Positions 26,559 to 39,900 of a DNA stretch of 64,000 nucleotides are shown here, one piece after another (the first letter of the stretch is position 1; each line of letters opens with the position of its first letter). Both the position numbers and the translations under genes were made by a program. Source of the DNA: Eutreptiella sp. 'Long Island Sound 2002' (lineage: Eukaryota; Protista; Euglenida); contig OZ038378.1 in the NCBI GenBank assembly GCA_964036045.1, positions 200,446,001 through 200,510,000 of the forward strand. Reading direction: 5' to 3'. Below the pieces are notes generated by a model. That model was not told where the DNA came from and made no database searches. It worked only from the letters and a program-made list of their open reading frames with translations.

Positions 26559-27346
26559 GTGGTTTGTTCATAGGTACATTGGAGTACCAATTTGAAGGCA
26601 GTTTTGTTGGTATCTTGTGGGCTTTGCTACTTTGCCGTGCTATCAGACAGGCAGTACGTGATCTTGGGTGAGTTCCCCGGCAAGTGCACGCAGTGCGCAT
26701 CCAGTGCAACAACTTGGCCAGTATTTACCAATTTACTCTAGATACATGCAAGCAATGTAACCAAGGGGCTGGTTCTCTAGACCATAAGAGGAAATTTGGC
26801 ACTGTCCCTGTGCAGACTTAGGTGCAGCCAAGAAACTGGTGGACGGCTGCAGTGCCTTGAGATTTCTGCTTGTTTTGCACCATGTGCCTCACACCATGAG
26901 CATCTATGCATGTCAGCGTGTATCCACAAGCCTTTGGCAAACAACAGCAGAGCAAGTGACTGGCCGTGAATTGTGCACCAATCGGGCTGGTGGGTGTTTG
27001 GTCTGCAGTGGTGTCCATCCCGCCTGGCGGGTGGGGGCCAAGGCGTGATTTGGTCTGCCAGGCCCAAGTCCAAATCATTGTGGATTCCATGTTCAGCCAA
27101 GGCACGTGGCATGAGCTATTGCAGATAATATGCATCTTGCACTGGTTAGGGAGGTGCAAATCTTCATATCAGGTAGTTTTGTTGTACTTTTCGCGAACTT
27201 TGTAAAGTGTGGTTCATGCTAGCGAGCCACACTCGGTTGTGGGTTGGTGTGTGTCGTAGTTTCCGCCCCTTTCTGCCATTTGACCATTATCAGCATGCAG
27301 GAGTGGTCGGACATGGGCAATTGCATGACGGTGTAGTACTGTCGTA

Positions 27347-28084
27347 CCTCCCCCCCCCCCCCCCATGTCCATCCCCCCCAAGGGACGACGGTTCCCCCCC
27401 ACCCCGGGGGGAACCGTTGCCAAGTGACGGTTCCCCCCCACCCCGGGGGGGATAGACACCATCGCCAACCGAACAAATTACCGCTGCATACTACGCAGAA
27501 TTTATGACCGATCAGTTGCTTGCTGTGCGTCGCCCAAGGCTCTGAAATACACACTGACATACAAAGATCGAATGGTGCCATGCAAATGATGCAAACAAGC
27601 AAAATTCTCAATATAATGCATCAGTCCATCAGTTTGCTGCATGCCCCTACTGCTGAACAGGGACAGTGTAAAACTTCTTTTTCTGGTCCCACATAGTCTT
27701 GAACAGCTGCACATGCTGCCCATCAGCCACAGGGATGGACGGACTGGCTGCAGCAGGCTTCGCTGCAGGCTGCTTTCCACGTTTGGGTGCAGGTTTGGGT
27801 GCGGGTTTGGCAACTGTTGGTGCCTCCAGCTTTGTGGGGATCCACTTTTCCTCCGGGATGGCCCCTGCAGGGACATCCCTTTAGGGAACACTTTGAGAGG
27901 TCTTAGGAGTGCAATGGGTTAGCACAAAGGAGGTATGCATAAGCTCTAACAACGAGCTCTCATAATTATGCAATCCTGTGCAATATGACACTGTTGCGGT
28001 TTTTTTTGGAACCAGCCGGTGACGGTTCCCCCCCTGGGGTGGGGGATGGACACGGGGGGGGGGGATGGACACGGGGGGGGAAGG
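27347..28084. mobile_element. TA-flanked C-run-TIR element with ORF relic
   Basis: CGTA|CCTC(n)ATGTCCATC ... GATGGACACG(n)AAGG|TACG; internal minus-strand KPAAKPAA..PVADGQHVQLFK..KKFYTVP. Confidence 0.8.
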
Positions 28085-29107
28085 TACGTCCACAGTATAT
28101 GGGGTATTTGTTGCCCAACTGGGATGGTGTCACGAGGTCTGGGATGTCTCTTTGGCATCTGGACGAAAAATTCTTGGTTGGTGTGATGAGGCGAGCAGAG
28201 GTCCAATGGGCCCCTGTGGCAAGGCCCCCTTGCCATGGTCCGGCAGGACGGTGTGACCATATGTCATCAGATCATAACGTTGCACAGAGGCAATCAATTG
28301 GACCACCTCCTTTTGTGCTGTGTTGTTAATTTGGGGCAGCCACACAGTATCTACTGTGTGTCCATGTGCTTGCACATTGCTGAGCTGGGCCGCTAAGGAA
28401 TGTGTGCAAGTCCCAATTGCAGTCACATTACGTCTCACCTTTTTTTTCCTGCCACCCTCTGTGTATCAACTGACCTTGGCTGTGTCACATGGCATCAAAT
28501 GGGTTGTACCACCACCGGATTCCTTAACTTAAGGTACAGGGTCGCCCTGCTTCGTGTTGGGCACCCTTGGCAGTTGTATTTTCGGTTGCAATTGTCGCAT
28601 GGCTCGCCAACGCGCCACAGTTGGCATTCCAGCCGTATGCAAAAAGGAGGACCATATCAAGGCGGCGCACACAGTATGCGTATGTGCGTGTGAGACACGT
28701 CACCGATGCCCCGCACATGCCTGCCTGCCTGCTGGCCATGTCCCTGCACTGCCTCGTCAGGGGCGCAGAGCGCGCAGCTTGGGAGGCGGGCCATGATGCT
28801 CCTTTCTGGGTGTCCATTCACGGTCCCCCGACTGGTCCACCGAGGGAGTCTGTGTACCAGTATTTTGTTGTTCACATTGCAGCACAAAGTGCAAGATGCC
28901 CACACTATCAGAAAACCTGTCAGCAGCTGCATTCCATTCAATGATATGGCCAAAGAGCTGAGTCTGCAATACTTTTCTGCACTTGAGCCAGTGCCCGAAG
29001 CCTGTGGCATACAAGCAGGCATGTGAGCAAGCATGGACTGTGCTACATGCAACACAAGAACGCACAATTCCTATTCTGGCTTCGACCAGCCACATCCACA
29101 ACAATTC

Positions 29108-29109
<2 letters not shown>

Positions 29110-29157
<48 letters not shown>
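29110..29157. repeat. (GA)n microsatellite
   Basis: About 24 uninterrupted units. Confidence 0.95.
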
Positions 29158-29158
<1 letters not shown>

Positions 29159-29520
29159 GCCATGGAAACGGCAGAACCCCCAAAACAGCGAAGTACTGGT
29201 CGAGACAACCTCCACAAAGCTGTACAGAGTCACTCACACACACGATTGAAGCGAGACGAACAGGCAGACAGACAGAGCACTGCACTGGTCGCTAACGAAT
29301 CTGGTCAGGCCGTAAGAAAGTAGAAGAAGGTGTGGAAGAGCATGCAGCTAGGCGCCTTTCTGTAGTACAGCAGGTACACGGTCAGAAGGCACCAACGGGT
29401 GGGGCTGCCCCGTCAGTCCCCGCTCCGCGGTTCCCCTGTACCATCAGGACGATTCGGGAATTGGTAACCTGTCACACACACACGCGCACACACACACACA
29501 CAAGCACACACAGCAGCCTA

Positions 29521-30090
29521 CCCCCCCCCCCCGTGTCCAACGAATAATTATGTCCCAAAAAAATACGGTCCGAACGGGTAGTGTTCGTTGGACACAGTGT
29601 TCGGTGCGCGCGACAATGTTGTGAACCGGCAGTAACACATCCCTAGGCACGAGATACCCAGCCCATTCAAAGCACACTGAGAGGGGCGGATGGGTTTTCA
29701 TAGTCGCGCCAATTTCAGCTGTACTTCAGCCGTACAAAGTCATCTCTATCATCGGAAGGCCCAAGAATTGTGGCTGGTACAAGCTCGCCAGTGTGGTACC
29801 GCTTGTACAGCACCTCACGGCCAGGTGCCAGTAGAGAATCGGTCATGGTGGGCAATAGAGGTCCTATGGTTGAGGGATACCACTCCCTCACATCCCGCTT
29901 TGCAGTTTTGCACATCACTTCTGCAACATACGGCACAACAGCCCCTCATTTCCGTGCACCTTTAGCCTGAAACCTCAGTTCTGAAGTCCGGTACCTAATT
30001 TAGTACCGAATTAATTAGGTTCCAAAAAAATACGGTCCGAACAGCAAGTGTTCGTTGGACACAGTATACATTGGACATGGGGGGGGGGGG
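29521..30090. mobile_element. TA-flanked C-run-TIR element carrying a Tudor/SH3-fold-like ORF relic
   Basis: TA|C12-GTGTCCAA ... TTGGACATG12|TA; about 45-bp direct repeats CCAAAAAAATACGGTCCGAAC..GTTCGTTGGACACAGT; minus peptide LAPGREVLYKRYHTGELVPATILGPSDDRDDFVRLKY. Confidence 0.8.
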
Positions 30091-31830
30091 TACAAAGACA
30101 TGCACAGCGGTATAAACGCTACCATGTCCACAAAGGGCTCACACGGGGACCCGTCCTTGCCCTTGCCCTACCTGCTTAGGCACTTCTGGGGGCCTATGGC
30201 AGTTACGAGCGTGCACCCGCCTGCGGCGGCGTGTGGATGAGGGGTCAGATATAAATTACAGAGAGCAAAGCCGATACGATATAAAAGACTGAGGGGCCTT
30301 GCAGATAACCTGCTCTTTGCAGTGCCGAGAGACTCCGGTCAGCCCAGAGGAAAGAGCACATGGTTCTGCACTGATGGCGCCAGGTCGGAATCCCAACCGC
30401 CACCGGAGCAAAGCTGCGGCCTCCGAACACTCCCAAAGAGCCGATGGTCGAGACTTTGGCCCGGCGTTCGACACCGACGCCTGGTCGTGCGCTGGCATCT
30501 TCCTCAGGCATACACCTCATGCTCCCAAATACCCTCCTCCAGCCATCACCTTTGATTGCGTCGTACCTTTCCGCATGTATGGGATAGGCATGGGGCCACA
30601 CATGTTGGTACGGCAAAACCGCCCCGCATTGCACCACCGCCACAGTGCAGCCCAATGACGGAGTCGGTCTCCGTCATTCCACATCGACAGGGACAGGCGG
30701 CGCAGGTACAGTGGCCCCCGGGGGCTGCGGGGTGGGGGTGGGGGGTGATGAGCCATGAGCCCATGTGCCCCACTGCCGCACACCCCCTTGACAACCCCGA
30801 ACCAGTTGAGGTGGTGGGCGCTCCCCGGCCAAACTTATGCGTTTCCGGCTACATTTCCAGGACCCCCTCCGCCATTGCAGCTTCAAATTCCATTCCGCCC
30901 ATGTCCCAATGCCCCTCCAACCGCCGGCCCCATTCCCCCATTCCCCCACCCCTTCCCCCCCTGTCCCCCCCCCCCCCCCCCTCCCCCAGGCGCTCATCTT
31001 CAGGGGGATCGCGCTGCAACAACTGCCGCTTGGCGCCGGCACGGTGAAGAGCCTGACGGGAGACCTGTTGACCTGCCATGGGGTGACTGCCAGACCAGAG
31101 ACGGCAGTAGACTGGGCTGCCCTAGAGACAGAGAAGTATTAGACAGGGGGGTCTGGGACCCAAAAGTTTGTGTACCAGAAATGGCCCAACCAGATTTTCC
31201 CGATTGTGAATTCCGTTGTTTCCCGCGACGGTAACTTTGGTCATTGGGGGGGGGGGTCCTCCTGCGATGTATGGCCATTCTGATACTGCCCTGCCCAAAA
31301 GCTCTCAAGGCGAGGGGCACCAGTGCTGACTCCAGAGGGACCAAATTGAGTGCGGACCATACTGTCTCGAAGCAGAAAAGGCAGAGGGCCACTGAGGGAG
31401 AGTCAGGGCCGCCGGTGGGCCCATGGGAGGGCCTTGGATGAGGGCCCCTTCTGCCGAGGGGGTGGGGTTTCCGTGCGTTGCATGATACCCCATTGCAAGG
31501 CGACTGTGAAGGGGCTACATCACCCCCACTGTCTCAGGCTCCCCATGTTGTTGGGGAAGAGGTGGCCCAAAGGCCTCGACCAAGCGGCACTATCAAGGCC
31601 CGCCGGGCCCTCCCGGGGGGGCTGTGCCCTTGGGTTGGCTGAGCCGGGATTCCCGGGCATTTTGTTGCGAATCAGCGTCTTGAACCGGAAGAGGCTGAGG
31701 CCCACGGACCTGCGATGGTTGCGCCCGGCTCCCCTCAGTCCCGTCAGTGGCCGAGGATGCGATCCGTGGGAACGGAACACGGCAGCCCTTCCACTGCAAC
31801 CGCGACCCCCGGGGCAGCGCCCGCCCGCCT

Positions 31831-32292
31831 CTACTCGATCATCACGAATCCGTCGGGACTGTCCCGCATCTCCTTCGTCCCCGGGCCAGTGGCCACCAAG
31901 GGACACAGGGCGAGGGTGCCATGCAGCTGCACCATCGCCCCACATCCCCCATCGGTCCCGACGACGTCCGCAGGGGCAGAGGCTGACCGACCGAAGGAGG
32001 CGGGCTCCGGGAAGTGGAACGTAAAGGGGCCCGGAACTTCACTGGCATCGCCGATGGTGACGTCGAATCTGGCCACCACATCGGTCTTCACGTTCCGCAT
32101 GCTTCTCGAGGTTTGGGTGTTGACCAGCTCCACGACTGCCGTCGCCTGCCGCTCCGGCACCAGCAGCCGCAGCACCTCCTCGAACTGCGGGTTGCAGCTC
32201 AGCCCTCGCTCATTGCGGCACGCTGCCACCTGCGCCAGCAGCTGCTGGTTGTCATCCTCGGCCCCCGAGGGGCTGCGGGGGCTGCTCTTCAC
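31831..32292 (-). CDS. ESYT: ESYT-like exon 5 (rest of second C2, stop codon)
   Basis: Acceptor C-run...GTGGCAG|GTG; encodes SCNPQFEEVLRLLV...DVVARFDV; ends at the stop codon (31831). Confidence 0.85.
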   Translation of the reverse strand: MKSSPRSPSGAEDDNQQLLAQVAACRNERGLSCNPQFEEVLRLLVPERQATAVVELVNTQTSRSMRNVKTDVVARFDVTIGDASEVPGPFTFHFPEPASFGRSASAPADVVGTDGGCGAMVQLHGTLALCPLVATGPGTKEMRDSPDGFVMIE

Positions 32293-35200
32293 CTGCCACA
32301 CGCGGACAGGGGGGGGGGGGGGGGGCACCGCAAGTAAGGGGGGGGGGGCGGCCCACTGAGTAGCCCCATCCCTGACTCTAGGCCAGTCAGGGTGGCCGAG
32401 GGACCTACACTCGTGTTCCAGAAATCCCCTTGTGCCCATCTGCCCCCACACACACCAGCGCGCGTGAGACACCCCTGACCCCCACCCCATGCCCCCCCCT
32501 ATGTGACATTCTGTCTGGTTGTTGTTTCTTTACGGGGCCCTGGACAGTCACCCGTTCTTCCCTTCGCATGCTGTGTCAGGTTGCTGCTTTCTGTCGGCCG
32601 CTGTGGCCGGTGCTCCTGCTGGTGTCGTTTCCGCGTTCGCAGAGCCCTGCAGCGCGTTGCCTATGTTCGTCCACGCTCAAGGGACCTGCACCTAGTGGGC
32701 CACCACTGGGCCCCTGATGCGTTCTGTGGAGCCACCAGTGTCCGCAAGGGATCGGGCACCCAGGGAGCCAACCTGGGGGCCCCTACGGCACAGCGCCGCA
32801 CCAGGTGGGCCACCACTGGGGCCCTAAGGTGCCCTGTGGAAAGGAATGGTGGGCTAGGCAAGGGAAGGAACCTCCGACAAAACTAGGGTGGGCAGAACCA
32901 AGGACGACGGCGTGGTCACCGTGCAGCGTATTCACCCGGGACACCAAGCAGGCGCGCATGCCACCCGCGTCAACCATGACGGAGCGCACGCCACCCGCGA
33001 AGCGCACGCTACCCGCAACCAACAAGGAACGGGCCCTACACACGTGCGACCCACGGAGTGGGGGGGCGTATGTGGTGGACGCCGGGAAAACACGTGGAGG
33101 AGTAGGGCACCTGGGCCTCACGCACACGGAAACGCGGCGAGGCACGTTGTGGACGGCCTAAGGACAGAGGTGTGGGGACAGCAAAAACAGTCAAACGACC
33201 CCCGCAACAACCAGCACAACCCCAATATGCCAACTACTGGGCGCCGCTAACGCGCACAAACGGCACATTTGGGGGGGGCATTGGGGGGGCATTGGGAGGG
33301 CATTGGGGGGGGGGGGCATTGGTGGGTCATTGGGGGGCGTTTGGGGGGGGGGGGGCATCGGTGGGGCATTGGGGGGGGATTGTGGGGGCATTGGGGGGGC
33401 ATCGGGGGTGGGCATTGGGGGGTCATTGGGGGGCATTGGGGGCGCATTGGGGGGGCATTGGGGGGGAATTTGGGGGGGCATTGGGCGGGCATTGGGGGGG
33501 CATTGGGGGGGAATTTGGGGGGCATTGGGGGGGCATTGGGGGGCATTGGGGGGGGCATGGGGGAGCCATTGGAGGGTCATTGGGGGGTGGGGGGGCATTG
33601 GGGAGCATGGGGGGGGGCATTGGGGGGGGCATTGGACAGTCCGCCGGCGATTTCACGGGGCCCTGCCTCCAACGGCTTCTTGGCCAGCCCCACGGCGATT
33701 GCACGGGGCCCTGCCCCCAACGGCTTCTGGAGCCCAGCCCCACGGCATTGAGGGGGCATTGGAGGGTCATGGAGGGGGCATTGGGGCGGCATTGGGGGGG
33801 GGGCATTGGGGGCTCATTGGGGGGGCAATTGGGGGGCATTGGGGGAGCATTTGGGGGGCATTGGGGGGTCATTGGGGGGCATTGGGGGGCCATTGGGGGC
33901 GCATTGAGGGGGCAGTCGGGGGACATTGGGGGGTTATTGGAGGGTCATTGCAGAGTTATGGGGGGGGGGGCATTCTGGGGGGGCATGAGAGGGTAATTGG
34001 GGAGGCATGGGGGGGCATTGGGGGGGATTTGGGGGGGCATTGGGGGGGCACTGGGGGGTCATTGTCGTGGCATTGGGAAGGGGTTGGGGGGTCATTGGGG
34101 GGCATTAAGGGGTCATTGGGGGGGCATTTTCGGGGCATTGGGGCGTCATTGGGGGGGCATTCGGAGGGCATTGGGGGGGGCATTGGGGGAGCATTGGGGG
34201 GTCATTGGGGGGCCATTGGAGGGTCATTGGGGGGTCATTTGGGGGTCATTGGGGGGGCACTGGGGGGGTCATTGTCGTGGCAATGGGGAGGGGTCATTGG
34301 GGGGCATTTGGGGGGGGGGGGATTTGGTGGGCATTGGGGGGTCATTGGGGGGGCATTGGGGGGCCATTGGAGGGTCATTGGGGGGTCATTGGGGGGGTAT
34401 TGGGGGTATTGGGTATTGGGTATTGGGTGCCCGCCTCGACACTGGGGCCCGCTCCGAAAATTGAGCTTGGCCAACCGGGAAGCGGTCTTGCGGTCCGACC
34501 GGGTCGGCAAGTGGGTGGCCTCGTGGCCCCACACCCCTTGCCATGGGGCAGGGCATCACACACCGATTTTCGTTGGGGCGGGGTGTCGCTCGTGTCTCCG
34601 GCCCATTCCCCTCTCGTTGGCTGTCGTCCTCCTGCGCCCCGGTCCCCAGGCACCCTCACGGAGTCATGGGCACTGCACATGGTTGCTTCATGGTAGCACA
34701 CCAACCACGGGGTCCCAGGGTTGGCTCCCGGGGTGCTTGATCCCCTGCGCACACCGGTGGCTCCACAAAACACCTTAGGGGCACAGTGGTGGCCCACCGG
34801 GTGCTGGGTCCCCTGGGCACAGGCACACAAGGACTTTGTGCTGCAGGGGCCCTAGGGTTGGCCCTCTGGGTGCACCATCCCCTGTGCACACTCACCATTT
34901 CACATGACTCCTCAAGGCCCTAATGGCCCACGGGGGGTCCAATATCCCAGCCGACCCCCCTGTGGGGCCACCGGGTCTCCTCGACAGCCATTGTTCCTGT
35001 TGTGCAAAATGGCGGTGCACGGGGGCACTGGGTTGGGCTGGGGGTCCGTGGGTGGGGTGGGGGGGGACTTGGGCGCCCCTAGGTGGGTTGGTGTGGTGTT
35101 GGTGTGGGGTGTGGGCTGGGAGGCCCCATTCGTCCCTGTCCCCCTCACGGCTGGTCGGCCCCTAGTGGGAACCCACTCCTGTTGCACAAACAGCCCATCT

Positions 35201-36904
35201 GGGCTACGGGAGACACCCCCCACCTGATGCCGGTTGAGTAGGGGTTGCCCTGGCACCCGGTAGCGACAGGGCTGGCTGGCCAAGCCATCCCCTGTGTTGT
35301 CGCTGCCCCCTATGTGCATGCTCTCCTTTCTAGTTCCCTGTTCCCGCTATCCTAGCTGCCTTCCCTGCCTCGCTGCCACCCTCCTCCTTGTTTGCTGCAC
35401 TAACCCTCGCCCCTCCTAGTGTGGCTCCCACGTTCTGTGTGGCAGTGTTGCTCCTTCCCTTGTCTGTTGGTGCTCCTGGGTGCCCCTTGTACACACCCAC
35501 GCGTGTCCCACCCGCCTGGCCCCCCTGCACGAGGATTTCACGTCTCCACGCGATGTTGACTGTCCCGCGCGCGGTGGGCTAGTCACGGCCCTGTTGCCAC
35601 CCCCGTGGCGGGCACCCCCCGGCGCGCGTGGCGCAGACCCCACCATTGTGGAGTTCGCGGGCACCTCGTGGAGGGAAGGGGGGGGGGGGGGCTCGTTGCT
35701 GATGGCCCGTCCGCCGCATTTGGTGGTTGCTGCGGTGCTCGCTCCTCGTGGTCCCCCCGTGCATCGCTCTGTGTCTTGCTGGGGCTCGTCTCACCACCGT
35801 GTGTGGGGCGGCCCTGTTCCCAGTTGCTTTGCTGCGTGCGTTCCTCCCAATCTGGTGCTCTTTTTTCTTCTGCTGGCGTACGCACCGCTGCTGCTTTGCG
35901 CTGCCGGGGGGAGGGGGGCGTGTCGCTCCCTCCCCCCAGTTGTGGCTGTTGGGTTGTCCCATTGTCATTTGGGTGGCGCCAGAGGCACCCGGCACTTTTG
36001 CACATGTCTCCAAATCTGCAGACTGACCTGTCACTGGTGTTTGTTGGGGTTCTGTTGCGGTGGGTGTCATGCGTTGTTGCTTATGCATTCTGGGCTGCTG
36101 AGGGGCTCCCCGTTTGAGGACCCAAACCCCCTGCCCCCCTCAGTTTTTAAGGCACCCCCCAGTCACACCGGCCACCCCCCAGAAACCGCCGTGCATCCAT
36201 CGCCCGATGAGCCAGAGGGGCTGTACGAGGGCTGCCCCCTTGCGCCCTTCCCAGAAATGAGCATGACAGCACAGTACCCGCTGTCACGTGCTGGGCGCCC
36301 CACAAACCAGAAACCAAACAAACAATGTTCCAGATAGGTGCCGAGGACCAGCTCGGCTAGCACCCCCCGCCCATCAGTCGTCAAGAAGAAATATGCAGAC
36401 CATTGCGAGGCGACGCGGGGGGCGGGGGGAGGCAGTCATTTGGGGCCTCGGATGGCGGGCTGAGCCACACACCAATGACCCACATACACACACACTCTCT
36501 CTCTGTCTCTCATCGGGCAAGGGGGGGGCTGGGGCTGTGTACCCGCTGGCCCACTGGGGGAAACCAACTGAACCGCACCATCACGCACCCGCCAACACAT
36601 CACATACACAATCCACATGCACCCCATACCCCATCGATACAACTGTAGCAGCCCACGTGCCGGTGCAAGAAGCCGTCACAGCAGCACTGCTGGGCCCGTG
36701 GGCCCCCTGCCCGACAATTTGGGTCCCAGTGAGCCATTGTCAAACCGGCCCCTTCCGATCTAACCCAATCCCTCCCTGCCTCCCTGGCCTCACTTGCATC
36801 GATTGGGCCGTGCCTTTGTTTCTATTGGATGTTAACATGAAGACTATTGTGTTGTGGAGGTGCACCACACATACACACACACACACACTGTCAGTGAGGG
36901 CGAG

Positions 36905-36991
<87 letters not shown>

Positions 36992-39900
36992 CGTGAGGAG
37001 ATCAAGCGCACAGCGAGGGGAGAGCACTGATCGTCAAAAACAACTCGTCAGGTCAACATCAGTAAATAGTCATGAGGCTAGGCGCCTTTCTGACGGACGA
37101 TGACGGTGGAAGTGCAATGCAGTTCAACTGTTGGGCGTCATATGCATGTTTGCCACTACCATTGACCGATGGATAGTTAGGACTTGGGCCTACCTCCTGC
37201 AGCATTGCTTACATGCCTCTGATCGGTATGTAACCCAGAACCCTGATCCGTGCACACACACACACACACACACACACGATTGCGATACAAACTGGCAACA
37301 ACTCAGGTTCCGAGTGTCAGAATCCTCGTCAGTTGGACGTCAAACAAGACAGGGCATGTCCGACGCCAATAGACGCCTTTCTGCAGTACAGGGGACAAGA
37401 CAGGTACATCCTGGACCTGGGTGAGCATGATGAGTGAGCCTCTGCCAGCGTCGCTGCAGCAAAGGCCTGCGGCAAACAAGAAAGGCTTACAGCCCAGACT
37501 GTCACCCCTCCACCCGACCCTCCCTGTACCCTGCACCGCTTTTAACGTCGACAAGGCCTGTGGAGTCACCAGTTACGACAAACCAGCATTGTCTGGGGTG
37601 TGTGTACAGGGGGTGGAAAAACAGCAGGCAATCGAGTCAGCATGCACCATCATTGGTGCATTACACACACACATTGTCTGTGGGATCACATCTGCAGTGG
37701 CATGTGGTGTCAGAACAGGGTTGCATTAATCGGTCCAGGTTCTCTGCATCCCAGCACCAGGCACCATTGATCCCCTCGACGGTGAGGCTTTCCGGTAGCC
37801 TCCATGAACTATATGCATCCCCCGCCCAGAAAGCATGTTTGTCCAACCAGCGTTTAATGACAGCTACTACAATGCATCACTTTGCAGGCATATGGTATGA
37901 CAGATGATGCAGAGCTTTCACTGTTGCTTTCACAGAGTGGGGACTGCCGCGATATGCTTTGTGAATGGCGCCGTGCAGTGCACGCATTGCTGTAGTTCTT
38001 TTGAAACTAGACAGTACCACAACCTGGAGCCAGGCTGCTGCACTCAGCTGCACACACACACACACACACACACACGCAAGGACGCACAGGTGCGGATTAC
38101 TGAAACAAAGCAATGCAACTACAGTGACCTCTTTGATCTGCATTCCAGATATATGAGGTCACAGTATTACCAATCTGAAATGGACTCGCCTGAAGCGGCC
38201 TGCCCTGTGCACGGGCCTGCGAGTGTGACCGACTTCCGTAAGTCGCATATCCGCATGTGAGACAAGGGGGGGGGGGTAGTGGGGGAGGGGGGAAGGGCCA
38301 TGCAGTTCTACTGCGCAGGGCAAGCGACCTGCTCCAAGATGTCCTCAAGCAGCTCAAAGTCCAGTGCAAACGCATCCGCGATCACCTCCGGCGCCGTGCC
38401 GTGCTGAGCCAGCGTGCGGACCTGCCGGATGATGTCGATCGTGGCCGTCGAGGGCTGGGCCCAGCCCGGCCACGTGGACACGGCATTGGCCTCATTCCCC
38501 TTCAAGCTCAGCCGCACCTTGAATGGCGCCCCAAACCCGACCGGGAGCCCAGTGACCTGAGAATCCAGCAGGAGTGGACGGTTGTAAAGGCGTTGGTGCC
38601 AAGGTGTTACCGCGGGAGGGGGGGGGGGCGGGGGGCGAGATCGAAGACCCGACTTTTTCCATCCGGCAGTACAAGGTACAACAGTGTTACCATCACATGA
38701 AAAGGGGGGGGGGGTTCTTAGCAATGCGCAAGATGGGCATTGGGAATTCAATCCAAATTGCAAACGGAAATAGTGCTCAGGGTATACAGTACAAAGTGGC
38801 CGGAGAAGCAGGTTGCTCACTCTAACATAACACAACACGTCTCACACCCATTGGCCATACAGGGGGGGGGGGGGTCTGGATTTTTGGGTGGGGAAAATTT
38901 CGGCATCCCCAAATTTTGGTGCCTTGTGTACAGTTGCGGGAAGCACAGTCCTTGGGATACCAAACGAATACACAAAAAACTCTTTTGGGGTACGCACTGG
39001 ATACACAAAATCATACTTTGGGATACGCAGCGGGATACGCACTGGCATAAAGACTGATCCTGACGTGCAATAGACGGGCACCAGTACCTTCCTACAGAAG
39101 AAGAATGTTAGGCGCCGACCCAGGGGGTCCGGATTGCGCAAAAAAATGTCAGGGGGGAAATTTCGGCTCCAATCTGGAAAACCAAATTTGCTCCCAAGAA
39201 ATTTCCCCCGCAGAAATCTTCCCCCTGTAGCAGCACCCTGCAGTGGGTTTGACTCTACGCTGCATTGCAGAACAAAGACGCAGGAGGCGGGGCCCTATGT
39301 CTTGCTGAGGACACAGGGCCAACAACACAACACACACACACAATTCCGCTTCAGCGGCGTACCACCGGAGCCATGTGCACACTGCCCCCGCCGCGGCTGC
39401 GGGGCGGCCAACTGCGACCTCCTCTCACTCCCTCAGACTCGCCCCCTCCCCCGGACAGCCCCCACCCGAGGGGGCCGCAGAGGACGGCAGAGGGCACCTC
39501 CTTGACAATGAACTCCAGAAGGTACAGGTCAGCGCAGCCCGGCCCCTCGGGCCCCGGAGGGGGCGCCCTCTGCGGCACCAGCCACTCCAGCTGCAGCCCC
39601 AGCCTCGCGGTGGACGAGGCCTGGTCCTGCAGCGGCAGCAGAACGGGGCCCAGTCCCGCGTGGCGGAGCAGGTCGCTCACGGGCAGGGGCCCCACGCAGC
39701 CCAGCGCGTCATCGGCCGAGGCGCGGTCCTCATCGAACACTTGGACGTGCACGTGCTGCGCGGGGGAGAACACCAGAAAGTCGTAGCTGGTGCCCTCCGG
39801 CCACACGGGGCTGCAGGTCCGCCGGACGGTCGGGGTCCGCCACGTCTGGTCCGCGATCTTCACCCGCACGTACGGGTCCGACGTCGCGGCGTTGAACAGC

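Noticed and set aside
33172-34778. Long Gly-rich and Pro-rich ORFs (491, 274 and 167 aa and others)
   Set aside because: They are translations of the G-run minisatellite inside an intron; open frames arise because the repeat lacks stop codons.
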